From positions 806,001-870,000 of the forward strand of contig OX337232.1 of NCBI GenBank assembly GCA_946965045.2: a DNA stretch of 64,000 bases, written 5' to 3'. Origin of the DNA: Epithemia pelagica (Eukaryota > Protista > Bacillariophyta). This document shows positions 33,301 through 44,280 of this stretch, piece by piece. The notes beneath the pieces were generated by a model. That model was not told the origin of the DNA, made no database searches, and saw nothing but the letters and a program-made list of their open reading frames with translations. Position 1 is the first letter of the stretch. Every line of letters starts with the position of its first letter. Position numbers and translations under genes: made by a program.

Positions 33301-33825
33301 GACGGCAAGCCAAGTCATGGTCGACAAGATCCAGCGGTGGAGATTAGCATGTTGACACCGGTAACGGGATTGGCCAGTATGCCATCCGCATCCGTGGAAT
33401 GGGCACCTTCCATGGTGAGCCGACACACCAATGCCAGTGCCGTTTTGGGTGGCACACGGTGGAGTCGACGACGCCCCGGAAACGAACAATTCCCGTCCTC
33501 CGCGACACACCGTCGCAGAAACAGCGGGGAATGGCAGTGGGTGATGGAACAAGTAGCTGGTGTCATGTGCTTTTTGGACGAAGAAGAGGAACGCGAAAAT
33601 GACAAGGACAAACACCGACGACGGCTCTCCGAACGTCGCTTGCCCGTGGATGATTTGGGTCGTGACCAAAGGAGGGGACGTGCTCCTCAAGACGAGGACA
33701 ATGAAGATACGGATGAAGAGACCAACACCACCATGACCTTTTCGACGGTAACGGATCCCAGATACCACACAATGGGCAAGACCATGGAGTTTGAAAAGCT
33801 TTTGGATACAGCGTGCCGATATTAA
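30397..33825 (+). CDS. Long S/T/P/Q-rich, probably disordered protein (~1140 aa)
   Basis: 3.4-kb uninterrupted ORF with no recognisable domain. Confidence 0.75.
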   Translation: MTVRQFLATAFHPPVRRQSLTSTAESSSPYASIPSDMSWDQPPIVVTRDQTKPQEPQLVSSSSVQTTTTTRYPQPPSQVARLHSSRHRRRSSMGGRYTHKAGNGATTPHDPTTTTIGSASRPVPLLRAPKQQGYHHPSKSQHHHRTKSVAAAQQPSTTTTTATEPIWTENAFANWPEPNVQAEPVQDLKQDQQGQPLQHGDETEVDHKEAIQTNETPSPVVSSTQKKSLGKKVCNLLPERSTHEDHEKLEEEPQPHVSETKRTTETMLVKTNRRHSLKSIVLSMEVPETTAEENQPPVAVTPSSASPPAARFSLEEESLQTASITKHESPQNTSASVSLSTASSSQSCRTTLTIDNLSIDKLQEQELDWIVQQQMAKTSSSSVTSSASSTVRSVSHLQPRRGQKPTHEPSNDQEPPPQSSSPAKKSSPKPSTVKSLQPSLVQPMQLDPTTANDSLDQIVLLASSGVAAAPPPPPLTVSQIQVRAPHNDSDDDSSLPVWPTFDPEDNPNTSDREPSFSLLLHVPPLSQDDQDETTGDDNGSFAPAAGTATKNHTMNSTMSSTTTEKGSSAKSFWNSTNSMMMGQSHSNSHNLSHMAVPPTALLNTDLPTYQDNHSKEHGCRDTENNPIQDNKAPEHPSNHVHSLSSTHSQSTNKTSPQSEPVVGNHKNVTPTRPVKEPKDHTQIDNDHNRHYSENQSLSPKDRARTTKKASTSPLVQKHKGSFLARRRSNSVRRRTLLDDTTNQLQSTRTRDTTKNSGQKSSNSKSESLQKETFSITNERGRSIAIQQGHKTRRRSLPPESTGVSLLDQEGNPLLNDMQAEKQRLDADIPDGENMDPHGTNRYAPSPLTLARTLPAYNTTTTLLPQEQSPNVPESPPPVRVPVVVTSPQATVTKSMPSPSMVSHAKFQYHQAGIAVPTRTPPRRAPHVHFPAETGKEVEGPEPSRITPPGMVMVPTAAPMSTQPNTSHADGKPSHGRQDPAVEISMLTPVTGLASMPSASVEWAPSMVSRHTNASAVLGGTRWSRRRPGNEQFPSSATHRRRNSGEWQWVMEQVAGVMCFLDEEEERENDKDKHRRRLSERRLPVDDLGRDQRRGRAPQDEDNEDTDEETNTTMTFSTVTDPRYHTMGKTMEFEKLLDTACRY

Positions 33826-34473
33826 CACAAGAGACGATGCTCCCGATATGGTCCTTTCCCGGTTCAAGAATGACAAACATCAAATGCTACCATTATCGCA
33901 GAGCTCGAGACACTCATAGCCAACAGTTCTCAGCGTTTCCTTAGTGGCATCTCTGCTATTTATAACTATCCTAACGCTTGCACTCTTTCAAACACAACTG
34001 ATATAGGAAAAATCTGGCGCTGTTTGTTTGTTTGTGAGCCGCTCAAAGCCGAAGCATTTAAGTCTGACGGCCTAGAGGGGTGGGAAGCAAGAGACCTGTT
34101 TTGCAGCAGAGTCCGGAGAGAATAAAGAATGGGTGTGGGGTCGAAGACAATGGTAACAAGTCTGTAACCGTGAGCCATCCGCGTTTCCACGCTGAACTAC
34201 ACCTCTGATAGGTTTCAAAACAAACCTTCCAATGATGCCGCAGAACTGGAACTTTGTTGACAAAGTCCCATTCGGTCTAAAAGTGTAAGGATATAGATGC
34301 GGGGACAGGTGTTCGTTTCGGCGCCTCCAAGGTGTGAGGTTGATGCTCCTCGCCAGCCTGTTTTCTAGCCCATGGCATAATTGCGATAGGATCAGCCCAC
34401 CAAAAGGGCCCCTTCGTCTCCTTCGTCGTCATGGCAAATGTTTTTAGTCGTCGCGAAACGGGCCGTTTCGGTC

Positions 34474-34670
34474 GCCTCTTTGTGTGCCGTTGCACCTTTT
34501 TCCGCGGCCTTTTCGGATGCCTTTGAAAGCTCTTTGCATGCGGACAGATGTGCACATGCAATCGCATCAAATGCGATTTCATTGATGCGATTGCATGTGC
34601 ACATCTGTCCGCATGCAAAGAGCTTTCAAAGGCAGGCCGCGGAAAAAGTTGCAACGGGACACAAAGAGGC
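34474..34670. repeat. Long hairpin with a perfect 53-bp core stem
   Basis: 34518-34570 is the exact reverse complement of 34582-34634 (11-nt loop). An outer ~36-bp stem has 2 mismatches beyond an 8-nt bulge. Confidence 0.95.
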
Positions 34671-35382
34671 AACGCCCACAAATTCGCAACGGCCCATGTA
34701 TTTGGTCACGGTCATGAGGGCTACTTCCTTTTATTCGTCATCATGGGCATGTTTTTCGTCGCCGCGAAACGGGATGTGCATTCCATTCCATTGCATCCAA
34801 TGCGATTTCATGTGCGCATCGAGCCGCCGCCAAAGAGCTTGGGATTCCCGTGAACAACAAGCCGGTCCATGTTTCTCCTTGTTTACCAGTTCCGTTGCAC
34901 CGAAACAAATGTTGAGACGAAAACGTGATGGTGAGAACCTCGTCCAAAAAAGACAGTGGATCGCAATCGGTCAAGTTTCAGGTTCCGTTCTTGTTTTTCT
35001 TCCACCGTGGTGCTTTTGCGGGAATGCACCAAACTAACACCTACCCTTCTTTTGTTGGCAGACGCACAATCGTCTGGTCTTGGGCCTGTGTACTTTGAGA
35101 GATCCGGGGCTTGAAGTTTGGCATCTGAGGCATGGAAACGATTCGAATGGCGAACCACGGGAACCGAATGAAAGAACCACATCCATAGGCCGATGCGACT
35201 TTGTTGGTGGCCGTTTTGGCAGCCTCTTTGTGTGCCGTTGCAACTTTTTCGGATGCCTCTCTGTGAGCATCGGAAAGCTCTTTGGTGGCGGCTAGATGCG
35301 CCCATGCCATCGCATTTGATGCGACGGGATGCACACATACCATCGCATCGCATCAAATGCGTCCATGCATCAAATGCGATAT

Positions 35383-35487
35383 CATGGACCGGCTTGTTCA
35401 CCGGAATCCCAGGCTCCTCTAGCCGTCTCAAGCTCCTCTAGCCGCAGCCAAAAGAGTTTGGGATTCCGGTGAACAAGCCGGTCCATG
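35383..35487. repeat. Hairpin with a perfect 29-bp stem
   Basis: CATGGACCGGCTTGTTCACCGGAATCCCA at 35383-35411 and its exact reverse complement at 35459-35487. Confidence 0.95.
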
Positions 35488-37842
35488 TTTCCTTGTTTAC
35501 CAGCAGAAGGCACTTGTTCCGTCGCACCTCAACAAAATGCTTAGACGAAAACGTGATGGTGAGAACCTCGTCCAAAAGAGACAGTGGATCGCAATCGGTC
35601 AAATTTCAGGTGCCCTTCTTTTGTTTTCGTTTCGTTTCTTCCACCGTGGTGCTTTTGCGGGAATGCACCAAACTAATACCTACCTTTCTTTTGTTGGCAG
35701 ACGCACAATCGTCTGGTCTTGGGCCTGTGTACTTTGAGAGATCCGGGGCTTGAAGAATGTTGGCATCTGGGGCATCGACGAAACGATTCGAATTGCGAAA
35801 TCATGGAACCGAAGGAACGGACCACATCAATACCGTAGACCGTAGTACCGTCTTCTGTTGCTGTGGAGTGTTCCACTAGCGTCAGCTAATACAACGAGCA
35901 AACGTCGTCGCTCCCCCAAACTGTGGGAAATCCCGTTGGTTGATGCGTGAAAGCACCTTTCCAAAAAAAAAAACAGGACCGAACAATGGAATGAACGAGT
36001 TGAATGGACCAACACGTCGCTCTTTCGCGCTACCCCCCAAAAGGGGTTCGCAACTTTTTCCGACTGAGACCTGCGGGACTCACTCAAGCGCGCTGGGGGA
36101 TACCTTTCTCGCTCTCATCCTCCGACGTACGCACGGCAGACGCGAGAGCCGACGAAACGCTCTCCAATCCTCACGGAGCCTCCATGGTAAGGTTGCTGCA
36201 ACCCCGCCCGCCTGTTCCAGCCCATGGCATGATTGCGATAGGAGCGGCCCACCAAGGGCCCCTTCGTCTAGTTCGTCGTTATGAGCATTAAGACCAAGAC
36301 TTGGGCAGGCATGATCCATCCCACGAAACAGGCCACCAACACGAGACCCACGAGAAGTAAAACAACCAAGACTGTCACGACCATGCCGAGAATGGATCGA
36401 CTAGCATAATGACGCTTCCTCTGTTTCTTCGTCGTCATGGTATGGTGGTGCATGTACGTCTCGGACACCTTGCGACGGCACAGATCGATTGGAATGACGC
36501 ATGACTGAAAGTCTTGTTCTAAATCTAACTGGTCCATCCTCCTCCAGTGAGAGGGACGTGTTTCACTGGAAGTACTTCAGATCCAACGAGACGATTCCTA
36601 AAAAGTACTGGCATTGAGACGTCATTCGGGACCATTGATTTTCGGGGATGGACCGTTACCTTTTGCTGGTTATTGTCAATGCGTTGGATACATGGAAAAT
36701 GGAAAATCACTACGAAACTTAGTTGGGAAACAATCCAACTTTATCCTAGGAGCTTGGATTTTATTCGTCGTAATCGTTGTGGTGGAATTTGTTGTGCACG
36801 AGATACCGGGACGTCCGTGGCACGCAAGTTCCTCTTTGTGGTCATGTTTGAGTCTCTATGCCATAATTTATTACTCTATCTGTAGGAACATGTGTTCAAG
36901 ACATGTTCCACAAAAATGGATGTTTGTCGACAGAGTCCAATTCGGTCGATCAGATTCCAAGCGTAAGCGTAAGGACATATAGATGAATCCTGGTACGCGG
37001 ACAAGTGTTCTCCAATGTGGCCGACAATTCAGGAACTTCCTAGGTAGTTCGTGTTCCCTTCCCGCCCGTATGTTCGAGCCCATTGCGGGATTTCGAAATG
37101 AGCTACCGCACTAGCGCCGACGAACATGATGCTCATGACGACAAACAAAACGCACCAAGGTCCAATGCTCATTGCAGTGGCCACTACATGGGCCACTGCG
37201 ACGCATAATGCAGCTCCCACCAGTCCGCTTTGCACTCTTGCTGCAGCTTCCACCATTCCCTTTTCATGGGCTAAAGAAAATTTTGTTTGCAGCCGCTGAA
37301 AGCTCTTGGGATGCGGCCGCACTAGCGCCGACGAACACGATGCTCATGACGACAAACAAAACGCACCAAGGTCCAATGCTCATTGCAGTGGCCACTACAT
37401 GGGCCACTGCGACGCATATTGCAGCTTCCACCATTCCCTTTTCCAGTCCGCTTTGCACTCTTGCTGCAGCTTCCACCATTCCCTTTTCATGGGCTAATGC
37501 AATATTGTTTGCAGCCGCTGAAAGCTCTTGGGATGCGGCCAGATGTGCGCAACTGATTCCATTGGAGGCGACAGGGATTCCAGTGAACAAGCCTGTCCAC
37601 GTTTTCTTGTTTCGTTCGAGGCTCTCTGTCAGTTGCACCTAAACAAAGGTTACGATGAGAAAGTGACGGATGAGAAACAACTCAAAAGACATTGGATAGC
37701 AATCGGTCAAAGTTTCAGTTGTCGGTCTTATTTTCTTCTCTTTTTTTCCGCCCTGGTGCTTCCCAATTCCTGTCAGGTGCTACAGGAACGCACCGTTTCG
37801 GCTTTTCTTAGACGCATGTCGTTTAGCCAATACGATAAAGAA

Positions 37843-38005
37843 TTACTACGACAGTCAAAGTTCGTAAGACAACGACATACCTGCGTTTCGGTGGTTCTGG
37901 CAAGGTCTAGATCTGTTGGATCTGACATAACATGGTTTTGATGATGCTGGACTTTGGTGCAATCCGATTAATGAGGAAGTTGTCTAGTGAAAAGGGCATC
38001 CCCTA
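37843..38005 (+). repeat. ~150-bp repeat R (also at 43016-43167 and ~51733-51884)
   Basis: TTACTACG.CAGTCAAAGTTCGTAAGACAACG...AGTGAAAAGGG.ATCCCCTA in three places. Confidence 0.9.
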
Positions 38006-38339
38006 GGGAAGAAACTATTCATACATGACGGGGAACAGAAAGCACATTTTCACAAATATGGCATGGTAACAAATGACCTTTCTCGAAACTGATGGATTAA
38101 GCCCGGTCCACGCCAGCCGTAGGAAAAAGTACCAGCCCTTCTTGAATTTTGCCTCAACAACGTTGGCCTGCCTTAAGAGGGATACGTTTCTTTTCGTTGA
38201 TTGGCTGTTGGTTTTTTTAATAGAATGACAGGATAGTGATATAAGGCACAGGAATGAGATGGTTGTTGTTTCCAAGGTGTACTACACAGCTATCCCCAGT
38301 CTGACAAGTTCCAGCCCAGAGGTCAAGAAAGTGTAGTAT

Positions 38340-39865
38340 CTATTCAGTAGACGGGAAAGCACGTTCGATGGATTTTAACAAATCAGCCATCTCCTGTTCT
38401 TTGTCTTTGGAAATGTCCATTAATCCGAAAAGACAGCCTGCTCTCAAATCAATCCATCGCGCATTTCCCTTTACATTCACAATGTTTTCCACTCGACAGT
38501 CACCGTGTAAAATGTTCTTCGAATGAAGAGCATCCAATGCCTGAATGATATTGATTGGTTTAAGCGTAGAATAATGATCACCGACGTCGGACTGAAGTAG
38601 TACGCCAGCCTTGTTCTCATAATACAGAAAACCATTGCTTTCAATGCCAACAATGTACTCAGAACATATGTTTTTCGCTTTGTTTGTAACATCCGCCTGT
38701 ACCTTGAGTTGTAGCACGTTATTACCTTCATCCAAAACAATCTTCATGGCCAAAAATTTCCCTTCCTGATTCTTGACTCAACCACAACCCCAAACGCACC
38801 CTGTCCAAGAAAGCTGTTCTCATCAACAGTAAGGTGAAACGCTTTGCAGGCATCATCTAGGGCCTCGATCAGCGGATCACGTAGCGCAAAATTACGCATC
38901 AGAGGAGCAGACCCACACTGCGACCAACCACATTTCTCAATGGAGGATGCTACTCCTTTCACGCATTCAACGAGCCAGAATTCATTCCGGTCGAATAGAA
39001 TCAAACGAACCGTCACCGGCCCATCCTCGAAACAAATGTGGGAGCCATAATTGATGGTTTCCCCTAAACCTGTGTTGTCAATCTTCATCTTTGCTTCGCA
39101 AACAACGTAAAGAAAGCGACGAAGCTTCCAGTCGGCCAACACCCAAAAAGCATCTCTTGTTCCTCGCATTTCTATAAGAATCGGGTCGCTAGTTTTGAAT
39201 GGCTGGCGCTTCTGGTAGATAGCTCTGTGACAGACAAACAGGTCTGGTTTATGGCCGAAAGTGCTGTCATCAGAAGTTTGGAGCCACCTGTGCTCTTCCG
39301 AATTTACGACAACAGTAGTTGATCCGTCATCATTTTGCCCGAAAATCTTTTCCAAGTGAGGCGTAATGAACGCCACAACGTGGTGTTCATTACCAAGCTC
39401 TGAGAGCTTCATGTTCTCATCTGAGGACAAGATAGGTAATTCGCTGTCGACAGATGTGAAGGTCTTCACTTTGCCTTCCCGTTGAAGACGACACAACTCG
39501 TCCTTCCCGTGGCTAGCTGGGGTTTTCTGCGGCGTGGCCCGATCTCCTTTGACGAGACGTTGGTATATTTCTTCCAGCATTTTGCGTGATTCAACTTGTT
39601 CCCGTTCAACAGTTTCTTTCTCTGGGATAGCAGACAAAGGTTGTAGCTTCTGCATAAGTAACAATTCCTTATGCCTCAAGCGATCTTCCTTCTGCCTCAA
39701 GCGATCTTCCTTCTGCCTCAAGAGATTTTCCTTTTGCCTGAAGTACTGCTTGTCCTCGTCCGACAAATTTTGAGCTTCCAGCTGCCGGGCCACATCTTTA
39801 ATCTCTTGAACAACGTCCTGAATTTGGCTCTGCACCGATAGTATTTCTTGTTCGATCGATACCAT
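38340..39865 (-). pseudogene. Coiled coil + PD-(D/E)xK-like domain + protein kinase (Crinkler/CR-effector-like architecture), -1 frameshift at ~38775
   Basis: LRQKEDR repeats; KPDLFV...VVCEAK; FLGQGAFGVV / (-1 frame) KFLAMK...ILHGDCRVENIV...WIDL. Confidence 0.75.
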
Positions 39866-40786
39866 CGTTTACCGGCAAATTGACTGAACACCAAGTTGTT
39901 GTTGGTGTTTTGTTGTTGGTGGTGGTTCTTCTTTTTTCTTGAAACGACTATAGAAGACTACTCCTAGGTGGTAAGTTGGCACTTTCGTCTAGAGAGTACG
40001 ACTTAGTCTATACTACTACCGCGCGCTAGGTGGCCCTACAATTTCTCGTAGTAGGAGTAGTATTAAAGGGGCGGGGTGGAACTCCAAATTTCGCCCGGGC
40101 GAGAACAGACGGTTTACTGTAGAGCAAAGAGACTCCCCGGGATTTTGCGGAGGAGGTCGGACCGCCTGCCACATTGCATGCGTAGCGGATTTAAAAATAT
40201 TGAATTGAAAAATTAGGTGTATTGACATTTGGAAAAACCGTTATAGCGGCAAAAGTGCCCCCGAAACAAAAAGATGGGGTATTTTGCGAAGGTTGTATGG
40301 GTGTCATGGACTGTTCTGGGGGTATGCTGTACGACTATCAAGCAGAGTGATAAATTTTTTGAATATCGTGTCGCAATTATCCGGGTTTCCACTGAAATCC
40401 TGCAAAACAAGGATTACCCGGTATTTTTGATTATCTAGCGGGAACTACGGACTACGGAGAGACTGCCTCCACCCCCAATATTAAAAAAGGATAGTCTATT
40501 TCAGCTGCCGCGGCACCGTAACCTTGGGCCGGACCCGCAAACGCGGTGTCTGTTACACGTCATTTGAGTGCAAAAGGCATTTGAGTGCAATGCGATCATT
40601 TGTCGGAACAAATGATTGCATGTTTGTGCATTCATTTGATTTGTCGGGTTCAGTCACGGATTGTCTCAATCCCTAGATCTTTATCCAACATCCTCATCGT
40701 TCAACATCCCGTTTCCTTACCTCTCATCACGACATCATCACATTACTACCATTTCCTATCTATTGCTGATTGCAAAACAATCAACC

Positions 40787-42583
40787 ATGTCTCTTGCAAA
40801 GAAGAAGAAAAAGTCGTTAACCAAACATAAGAGGAACTTGGACCGCATACACCGGCCTCCAGGAATCATCCATGTTTATCAGAACGTTCACAATCCTGTC
40901 AAGCACAAGCTCTTTTGTTTTGGCACCGACAATTTCAATCTTCTGCTGACAGAGATGATTTCCCTCTGTATTCCGTCCGTGTTTCAAGCGATCTTTGTTC
41001 ATCAATGCGTGCTATATATGAACAAACGTTACCCACATCCTACGGTGAGGTCATCTGTGCCAGATATCCCAATACTTATTCCACATCTTCAACAGGCTTC
41101 ATCCGATTTCATAGAAAAATCCGGTGCTCTACGAATTCAAGAAGCTGTTTCTTTACAATTGACTCATGAACTACATGGTGCCTTTTTGGTCGACTGTGTA
41201 TTATCACGGACGCACAAAAAGCCACGTATTCCAGAAGAGTCACCATACTATGAATTGGTTCATAGAACACACACCTCAAGACAACTATGTTCGGATGAAT
41301 ATGGTGACATTTTCCGTACCGTCATAATTGTTTTCCCATACACGTCCGTTTTTTGGACGTCTGCTGCTTATGTGTCTGATCCAACCAAACTTTTCAGTGA
41401 GGTACAGAGTGGTATTGGTACCACCATTACTACTTCCTCTCTTGTACCTCTACCTCTTTCTTGGCTAAGGTTGGTATACAAAACGGGAGAACCTGCATTT
41501 GGAAGTTTTATCAAAAGAATCAACAAAGTGGTGTGGACAATCAATTATGACACCTCCACAGAATGTCCCAAGGTTCCTCATAGCATACAGTTTCACGATG
41601 GCGACACCGACACTCCTTTACGTCCTCCCGATTTCTTTGGTACTAATATTATTACCAATGTCCCCGATAGACGGCTGTTCTACCGTGCCCAATTTGAACG
41701 TTCTGGGTCAAACCGTGTGAGATGCCGGCGATATGTTCCTCAAGCTCTTTATCAGAATCTACAAGATACGACAGCCTACATCCATGATCCCCGCTCCAAG
41801 GAAAGGAAGTTGTATGCCTTCCAAACAACATTCTTAGATGCCAATAAGCGTCCCACTGGACAATCGAATATCGTCGTCTCTTTCTTGCGGTCTTCCGATA
41901 CACTCTGCAATGACTTGACACAAGCTTCCAATGAGGTCGTTTCCGACAAATCGCTGCCAACACGTGGCAATGCTTGTCGAAATGCTGGTGACCATGGACA
42001 GATGAGTGGCTTTCGTGTGATGTTTGATCGATACAAACGAACTAACAAGTGCATTTCCTTATCAGAAGACAACAGAAAACTAAAGAGCAGTGTCCGATCT
42101 GTCTGTCTCGGGATGGCCGGATTGGCTGACAAATTGTATCCAGGTCTTTGTCCTCTTTTCAAAAGTTTACAAAAACAATCAGGAATTACAATCCCTGAAG
42201 AATTGGGTGGTTCTAGTGGGTTTTGTTCAAATATTGCGATAAGCGTGGATTTGGAAAACGCGGCGCATGTGGATGTAAATGACGCAAGTGTTTGTCTTGT
42301 GGCATTTGCAGAAACGACTCCGCATTCAACTACCGATTGGTACTTTGTTTTCCCCGACGTTTTGCTACGAGTCAATGGCCGTTCCTACAATGGTCTGGTT
42401 GTCAAACTCACTCACGGAGTTACTATTTTGTTTGATGGCAGGGTTGTGCGTCATTGCACATCTCGGCATAAACGTTTCCAAAATCCTGATGGTACCTTGG
42501 ATCATACTGTTGGATGGTTTTTTGGAACATCGCTTTGTCCTGTACATGAATCTGGTCCATCATTGGCCACTACCACCCCATGA
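40787..42583 (+). CDS. TET/JBP-like Fe(II) dioxygenase, cargo of copy A (598 aa, intact)
   Basis: GDHGQMSGF...NAAHVDVNDAS (HxD)...WYFVFP...LTHGVTILFDGRVVRHCTS (distal His) in a DSBH-like strand pattern. Confidence 0.72.
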   Translation: MSLAKKKKKSLTKHKRNLDRIHRPPGIIHVYQNVHNPVKHKLFCFGTDNFNLLLTEMISLCIPSVFQAIFVHQCVLYMNKRYPHPTVRSSVPDIPILIPHLQQASSDFIEKSGALRIQEAVSLQLTHELHGAFLVDCVLSRTHKKPRIPEESPYYELVHRTHTSRQLCSDEYGDIFRTVIIVFPYTSVFWTSAAYVSDPTKLFSEVQSGIGTTITTSSLVPLPLSWLRLVYKTGEPAFGSFIKRINKVVWTINYDTSTECPKVPHSIQFHDGDTDTPLRPPDFFGTNIITNVPDRRLFYRAQFERSGSNRVRCRRYVPQALYQNLQDTTAYIHDPRSKERKLYAFQTTFLDANKRPTGQSNIVVSFLRSSDTLCNDLTQASNEVVSDKSLPTRGNACRNAGDHGQMSGFRVMFDRYKRTNKCISLSEDNRKLKSSVRSVCLGMAGLADKLYPGLCPLFKSLQKQSGITIPEELGGSSGFCSNIAISVDLENAAHVDVNDASVCLVAFAETTPHSTTDWYFVFPDVLLRVNGRSYNGLVVKLTHGVTILFDGRVVRHCTSRHKRFQNPDGTLDHTVGWFFGTSLCPVHESGPSLATTTP

Positions 42584-42626
42584 AGACGATGGTTCATGCA
42601 TTGACTGTTGTTACACTTGCAGTGAT

Positions 42627-43015
42627 TCAAACAAACAACCCCTGCTTTGCGGCACAGTTGTCAGTCGAACATTGCAGTCCAAGTCTTTTGCAACTGCATT
42701 TTATCTTTCGCTTGTGTAGTGGTTGTTGTTTCTTTATCATTGAATGATGACTTCTGTATGTTACTCGATGTGCTTCCCGTACAGATATTATTGGATACTT
42801 ACTGTAATCGAAAATGCTATTCAAAAGTTGTGCTTGTAGTGTCCTCCGTTCCAAACCCAGTGGTGATGATGGGTGCAAAACATTGTACCTGTCATGTGGG
42901 AACCAAGTGGATGTTCTGGCTTTCTTGTCCCCAATAATCCCCTCAGGGATTATTACTCTTACGGATGGGTAGCTTCCTCTAGAAACCCCAATAACAATAC
43001 ACTGAATACCTAGTC
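42627..43015 (-). pseudogene. 3' fragment of the copy A transposase (CXC region, frameshifted)
   Basis: RLGIQCIVIGVSRGSYP...KCSCKRLGLQCSTDNC is homologous to ORF 48485-49177. Confidence 0.85.
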
Positions 43016-44280
43016 TTACTACGTCAGTCAAAGTTCGTAAGACAACGACATACCTGCGTTTCGGTGGTTCTGGCAAGGTCTAGATCTGTTGGATCTGACA
43101 TGACATGGTTTTGATGATGCTGGACTTTGGTGCAATCCGATTAATGAAGTGAAAAGGGTATCCCCTACTCCCTAGCGCTAACGCATGCTACCCCTAAAGT
43201 GCCGAGATCTGTTACTCAACATTTGGAGCAAAAAACATATGGAGCATTCAAAAAAACATTTTTTGGAGCTTGTTTTTCAAAAAAACCCGCTGGCTTTCTA
43301 GCGTTACAAACCTCATCGGTTTTTTACTATCTAGCGTTTTATTTGTATATTCTTGTCACACTGCTTCCTTATGTTCACTGTCCTATTTCATGAACAAACG
43401 ACAATGGTGAGGTACCGGATTTGGTACTGTTATAGCGTAATCCAACCCTGTCGCTATGATGTTGCTTTTCGTCGTCTTTTCCAATGAGTTGATCCCAAAT
43501 ACGCTGTCACAATATTTTCCCACCATCGTCACAATTTTTGTCCCCAACCCTCATTTTTTCCCCAACAATCAAAATACAGCCAGTGAGTCCCGTTATCTCA
43601 TGCTCTATTTGTCGGAATTTTTGCTTCCACATGTAGTAGCATTGTCTCACAAATGATCGCAAATTTTCGACAAATCACTATTGCTTTCATTTGTAGACGA
43701 CAAATAGATGCAACTGCATCTATTTGTCTCATTTCACTACAAATAGATGCACACTTCTCTACCTCATCATTACTTATGCCCCGAAGTTCCGAATCTGTCA
43801 CGCTGTGACACACACGTGACACTGCTTGCTGTGTATTGCACCTCTTTTTTATCCTATCGCGATCATTTGTCTTTCGAAGTCCAAGTGATCGATCCACAAT
43901 AACAGCCACAACAACAGGTCGTCCTATTCTTCTTTCGGTATGTTTCTCAACCTGTCTTTGTGATTCTTGATGTCTTTCTAACACTATCTTACTTTACATT
44001 GACAGACGGCGTCAATTTAATCTTGTCCAATCCATCCTTGTGCAATTTCCATCCACCTTGCCCAGCATCGTAATTTCCACCGTGCCTTGTGTACTGTTTC
44101 ATTGTTTCATCAAGAAATCAAGACGATACAAAATTTGTCCGGCGCAAGAGACACTGTGGTACCTTGGCTGGCTTGTGGTGTGAGCGACACTGTGGTAGCT
44201 CAACCAGCAAATTTTGTTCCTCAAGGAATTTTGCCAGGAGTTGTTTGAAACGGTACTCAGACGTGGAATGGAATGATACG

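Larger units (their letters stand above)
34330..37740. repeat. Mosaic of direct, tandem and inverted duplications of small membrane-protein gene fragments
   Basis: 34843-35160 ~ 35459-35800 ~ 37575-37730; tandem 37107-37317 / 37318-37540; 34340-34435 ~ 36195-36285; recurring peptide DAIACAHL[SA]A.KELS.A. Confidence 0.85.
40551..43015 (-). mobile_element. Ginger-like transposon copy A (3' remnant, inverted, diverged subfamily)
   Basis: Terminus TGTTACACGTCATTTGAGTGCAAAA at 40551. The region mirrors 48660-51129 (CXC exon end, TET-like gene, terminus) and is truncated at the junction with repeat R. Confidence 0.85.

Noticed and set aside
40016-40550. Possible terminus of another DNA transposon (TTAA-AGGGGCGGGG...)
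   Set aside because: No matching inverted end or transposase found in the window.
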